A stretch of DNA of 37,966 nt from a virus: positions 1-37,966 of IMG/VR virus record IMGVR_UViG_3300045988_135835; one strand, written 5' to 3'. Shown here piece by piece: positions 36,279-37,966 of the stretch. The notes beneath the pieces are model-generated. The model did not search any database, had not been told where the DNA came from, and worked only from the letters and a program-made list of their open reading frames with translations. The number at the start of each line of letters is the position of its first letter. The stretch's first letter is position 1. The position numbers and the translations under genes were made by a program.

Positions 36279-36449
36279 CGTTTCTTCTATATAGTTATTT
36301 ACAAATTCTTTAAGAACACGTGAAGGCAAAGTATTATTTAATTCACAACATTTTCTAAATTCTTCTCTAATTTCTGGTTTTATATCAATACCTAATTTTA
36401 CTAAATTTTTTTTCATATATTTTTTTTGGTTTGCATATTTATCTTTCAT
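36261..36449 (-). CDS. Ribbon-helix-helix-like small regulator
   Basis: MKDKYANQKKYMKKNLVKLGIDIKPEIREEFRKCCELNNTLPSRVLKEFVNNYIEE with RBS ggagg. Confidence 0.65.
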   Translation of the reverse strand: MKDKYANQKKYMKKNLVKLGIDIKPEIREEFRKCCELNNTLPSRVLKEFVNNYIEETQKKRQ

Positions 36450-36666
36450 ATTTAACCTCCTTGAATTTTAAAATAAAATATATTATAATTAATATGCAGA
36501 GAGGATTGCTCCTCTCTTGCCTAGATTAAAGATTGTTTAGCATATCAAACATCGCTTTAACTTCTTTTTTTCTAGTGTTTTGTGCTTTTCTATGTGCTAG
36601 ATAGAAAAGCACTTTTTTTTATTAATTTTTTCATATTATCACCACCTCTCTTCTTGGTATGTATAT

Positions 36667-36696
36667 ATTATACAATATACGTACGTATATTGTCAA
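36667..36696 (-). promoter_or_regulatory. Consensus promoter with a 22-bp perfect palindrome in its core
   Basis: Minus strand TTGACA-N18-TATAAT; ACAATATACGTACGTATATTGT palindrome at 36672-36693. Confidence 0.8.
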
Positions 36697-36739
36697 TGCT
36701 TTTTTGAATATTTTTTATTTTTTTTGAAAAAATATTTGT

Positions 36740-37033
36740 ATGAAGACTTATTTTAAAGAAAGTGAAAAAGAATTTATTAAATATATAAAGAAAAATCCGT
36801 TTTGTACAGTTCAACAATGGGATTATTATGCTGAATCTAATAGACTATATTCTGCAAATACTTTACGTGCTCATATAATTACAGAAGAAACAGAAGATCT
36901 AATAAGAAAGATAAATGTAGATACATTTACTTATATGAAAGAAATATACATTATATTGCCAAGCATTTCCGTACAATTTTTAAAAAGAATTAGATATTAC
37001 TATAAAAGGTTACAACAGCATGAGCGAGATTGA
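36740..37033 (+). CDS. Hypothetical helical protein (accessory)
   Basis: 97-aa ORF overlapping the downstream gene; no clear RBS. Confidence 0.55.
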   Translation: MKTYFKESEKEFIKYIKKNPFCTVQQWDYYAESNRLYSANTLRAHIITEETEDLIRKINVDTFTYMKEIYIILPSISVQFLKRIRYYYKRLQQHERD

Positions 37034-37367
37034 GCAACTACGAAATAAATTACATGAAGCTATAGATAAATATGGCATTGATGCAGAGGAAACAAGAAAA
37101 ATAAGTGCAGAGATGGATAAGCTTTTAAACAAGCGTGGTTATAATGAAAAAAATTTAATGTATAATAAATATCTAGAATCTATGTTTGAATTAAGAAAAA
37201 TATCTAAAATATTCGGAGAATTTCCAACGATAAGTGAATGGAATAAGTATGCTAAAGAAAATTATCTGCTAAATTCTGAAAGTATAAAATATATGAGTGG
37301 ATTAGATTGGAACAGGTTAAGAAGTAGAATAAAAAAAGAAATGAATATAAAAAGAAAAAAATATTAA
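37020..37367 (+). CDS. Spo0E-like aspartyl-phosphate phosphatase domain fused to a C-terminal helical domain
   Basis: IEQLRNKLHEAIDKYGIDAEETRKISAEMDKLLN matches the Spo0E-family pattern (SxxxD). Confidence 0.7.
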   Translation: MSEIEQLRNKLHEAIDKYGIDAEETRKISAEMDKLLNKRGYNEKNLMYNKYLESMFELRKISKIFGEFPTISEWNKYAKENYLLNSESIKYMSGLDWNRLRSRIKKEMNIKRKKY

Positions 37368-37375
37368 AAAATTTT

Positions 37376-37409
37376 TTCGCAGTGTTTACAATGCATTGCG
37401 AATTTTTTT
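37376..37409 (+). terminator. Intrinsic terminator
   Basis: TTCGCAGTG...CATTGCGAA followed by TTTTTTT. Confidence 0.75.
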
Positions 37410-37422
37410 GTCGAAAAGTAGT

Positions 37423-37451
37423 TTGAAATAAAATCCTATACTCTATATAAT
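37423..37451 (+). promoter_or_regulatory. Putative promoter
   Basis: TTGAAA-N17-TATAAT. Confidence 0.6.
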
Positions 37452-37567
37452 ATAAAAAAGAGATAGCCCGTCGCCAAACAAAACTATCTCTTAAAATTCT
37501 AACACACTCAAAAAGTATGTAATATTAGTATACCTTTTTTGAGTGCAAAATTCAAGGGGAGGATACT

Positions 37568-37699
37568 ATGGAAAAAGAGATTTTGAAAGATATTGAAAAG
37601 AATTGTACTAATAAAGAAAAATTATTGATACATATTTTTAAAAAAACATTTATAAAAATCTATAAAATAGGAATTTGCTGGGGATTTAACAATAAGTAA
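37568..37699 (+). CDS. 43-aa small protein behind a structured leader
   Basis: MEKEILKDIEKNCTNKEKLLIHIFKKTFIKIYKIGICWGFNNK with RBS ggggagga. Confidence 0.55.
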   Translation: MEKEILKDIEKNCTNKEKLLIHIFKKTFIKIYKIGICWGFNNK

Positions 37700-37723
37700 A
37701 AAATAAATTTTTTAAACGACAGA

Positions 37724-37771
37724 TTTTTTAATGCAATTGAAAATATTTTTTAATGCAATTTTAATGCAATT
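37724..37771. promoter_or_regulatory. Putative integrase arm-type binding repeats, right end
   Basis: Three TTTTAATGCAATT copies (37724-37738, 37746-37760, 37759-37771). Confidence 0.65.
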
Positions 37772-37871
37772 TTTTATAATATTAATAAAAAACAATAAAA
37801 GATAATAAAAAAGTTTGCAAAATAAAATTTCTTAAAAGCCTTGATAATACTATGTAATAGAAAGTAATATA

Positions 37872-37925
37872 CAAATAATAAAAAATAAACCCTAGTATTT
37901 TTATACTAGGGTTTTGGAGGCGACA
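37872..37925. repeat. attR: right copy of the 54-bp direct repeat, overlapping the tRNA-Cys 3' end
   Basis: Identical to 126-179. Confidence 0.93.
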
Positions 37926-37966
37926 CCCGGATTCGAACCGGGGATCAGAGTTTTGCAGACTCGTGC
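37915..37966 (-). tRNA. tRNA-Cys (GCA), 3' portion, truncated by the window edge
   Basis: Reverse complement gcacgagtCTGCAAAactctgatccccggttcgaatccgggtgtcgcctCCA: anticodon loop CTGCAAA, T-arm, CCA. Confidence 0.92.

Overview
The window is an apparently complete, very AT-rich (low-GC Bacillota, probably Clostridia-like) siphovirus-type prophage of about 37.7 kb integrated at the 3' end of a tRNA-Cys gene. It is bounded by a 54-bp perfect direct repeat (126-179 and 37872-37925). Left to right it holds: a leftward tyrosine integrase and lysogeny genes with an S24/HTH repressor; rightward cro-like genes; a ~440-nt apparently non-coding, potentially structured region; a DnaD-like/DnaB replication module; many small early ORFs; a metallophosphoesterase + nucleotidyltransferase pair; an ArpU/DUF1492-like late regulator next to a promoter with repeated sites; a phage tRNA with anticodon CAT; HNH-TerS-TerL-portal-protease-HK97 capsid; connector and tail genes with a tape measure, a ricin-like insertion and collagen-like proteins; holin and CHAP/SH3 endolysin; and a right-end accessory region with an RHH-type protein, a Spo0E-like protein and a small structured-leader ORF. 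I see no complete canonical defence island. The best novelty candidates are the ~440-nt region, the initiator-like tRNA and the adjacent 16S-3'-tail-like sequence, the tandem GGAG-loop hairpins before the capsid gene, the phosphoesterase/nucleotidyltransferase pair, the Spo0E-like fusion, the palindrome-controlled right-end locus with a possible slippage ORF, and the lectin-like insertion in a tail protein. All names are from motif recognition by eye; no database search or folding program was run.
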